64,000 bases of DNA from Basidiobolus meristosporus CBS 931.73 (Eukaryota > Fungi > Basidiobolomycota): contig MCFE01000276.1 of assembly GCA_002104905.1 (NCBI GenBank), positions 1-64,000 on the forward strand, in the 5' to 3' direction. Shown in pieces: positions 62,744 through 64,000 of the stretch. The notes beneath the pieces were generated by a model, which ran no database searches, had not been told where the DNA came from, and saw only the letters and a list, made by a program, of their open reading frames with translations. Each line of letters opens with the position of its first letter. Within the stretch, counting starts at the first letter, position 1. Both the position numbers and the translations under genes were made by a program.

Positions 62744-64000
62744 CTCAAACCCAACTGAATGTTCATACTGACTTGTCCTAATGGGCACCCAGGATGTTTA
62801 AGCTTGTCTCCAGCTAATGGCTTGGTGCATATTTCTGCAATCATCTGCTCAGTTTAACAGTAAACTAAGTAAACCAGGTTAATCATTTCCATTTCACAAA
62901 TGAAATGCTGTTTAATATCTATTTGTATACATCCTTGATTATCTGAAAGTACAGTATCATTCAATGTTTGACATAGGCCAAGGTGTTTGGAAAGCTTTCA
63001 TAACCAGGTTGCCTCTTTTATAGCTTTGCCAGTTGTCATATATTCTGCATCTGTGGTGGAAAGTGCTAAAATTGGTAGCTATCTTGAGCTCTATGAAATT
63101 GTTCCTTCACATTAAAGAAAGGCTGTGACCTGTTGTGAATCTTCCGTCATACAAGTCTGCCCCCAATCAAAATCAGATTATCCCAAAATTCTTTGATGTA
63201 AATGGAGGTAAATGCATATCACACTATAAACTACACTGACACTTACCATTTTGGCTACCATCACTCCAATTGGATGGTATCTCAGTGGTTAATTGGACCA
63301 AAAGTATTCTGAAGCTCTCAGCCCCCAATTTGCTCTTTGACCAATACACAAGCTACCTGATTTGCCATCAAATATCCCATTTTGCCCATTAAGTAAGAAA
63401 ACCCCTGATCCTAGTTATTGGACCTGGTGTCATAGCTAGCATGCACCAATTGTATGGGTGCAAATCAGATCAAATGGCTGCACTGGTGCCACAGATGATG
63501 AATACATATGCAGGGTGTTTATTTATAGGGGTCCTGTCTCAAATTTGAAACAACCTTGATATTGTTTATATTAAAAATTTAGTGATCACTGATTTGCAAT
63601 GGCTCAATGCGGATTGCAAAAAAAATGCATTGTTTGGATCATTACAAACAATAGCTATTCAATGCAATTACATCACCTACTCCTAGGCTTTTGCTCACAG
63701 GGATTACTACTGAAGCATTTGGTACTGATTCACTTTGCACACCTAAGCTGCTTTTTTTCTTGACTATCCTCTTGGCTACTTCTGTGTATGTAGTCAGTAT
63801 TTTGCCTCCTAATTGATGAGTGCACTGCTGTAGCTTGGCCATGCTGAATTGCTCCAGATGATGCAACTCAGCTGGCCTGCAGTGCTACATGCTGACACAT
63901 TCTTTTACTTGCAAAGGCTCTGGTGGTGGAGGCACTTCATGTGGGTCATTGTCAGTCAGTTCACCAGAAGAAACTTGCTGATGGTCAGGTGTAATGGCAT

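Larger units (their letters stand above)
57012..63200 (-). mobile_element. Copia family A remnant (RT/RNase H end 63200-62744, LTR 62743-62395, PBS, gag) hosting the family B gypsy insertions
   Basis: 62394-62225 joined to 57284-57012 aligns with the copia leader/gag at 36347-36568 plus 43294-43650; 63200-62744 aligns with 480-972. Confidence 0.8.

Noticed and set aside
31889-64000. RIP as the cause of repeat decay
   Set aside because: CpA and TpG are abundant while CpG is missing. Stop-generating changes occur in mixed contexts. This fits CpG deamination better than CpA-directed RIP.
1-64000. CRISPR arrays, rRNA or tRNA genes
   Set aside because: No regularly spaced direct repeats, rRNA signatures or cloverleaf-forming sequences seen. 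The tRNA-complementary stretches are retroelement primer-binding sites.

Overview
Eukaryotic window, most consistent with an early-diverging fungus (short GT-AG introns, GT10 fucosyltransferase, ferroportin; the taxon is an inference). It has two compartments. (1) A CpG-rich gene island (~1.7-31.8 kb) holds nine recognisable spliced genes: GT10 fucosyltransferase, BAHD-type acyltransferase, TMEM184/OST-alpha transporter, septin, Srk1/Rck2-like kinase, Ldb17/SPIN90, a Rab5-related GTPase, a DUF836 glutaredoxin-like protein and ferroportin, plus one or two probable pseudogenes. (2) CpG-starved transposon blocks (1-1.7 kb and ~31.9-64 kb) contain a Ty1/copia family with 8 LTR copies, a full-length chromovirus nested in a copia gag and itself carrying a solo LTR, a near-intact young Ty3/gypsy next to a decayed sister copy, three CMC/En-Spm transposase remnants, a PIF/Harbinger-like remnant and a ~730-bp foldback element. 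The strongest sequence-level signals are three different reverse-transcription priming modes: an 11-nt Tf1-type self-priming match, a tRNA-iMet anticodon-half PBS, and a conventional tRNA 3'-end PBS. Also notable are a -1 frameshift cassette whose slippery site looks silently disabled by one CpG transition, and three independent gypsy insertions into the first ~550 nt of the copia gag. All alignments and counts were made by eye. No rRNA, tRNA or CRISPR features were seen.
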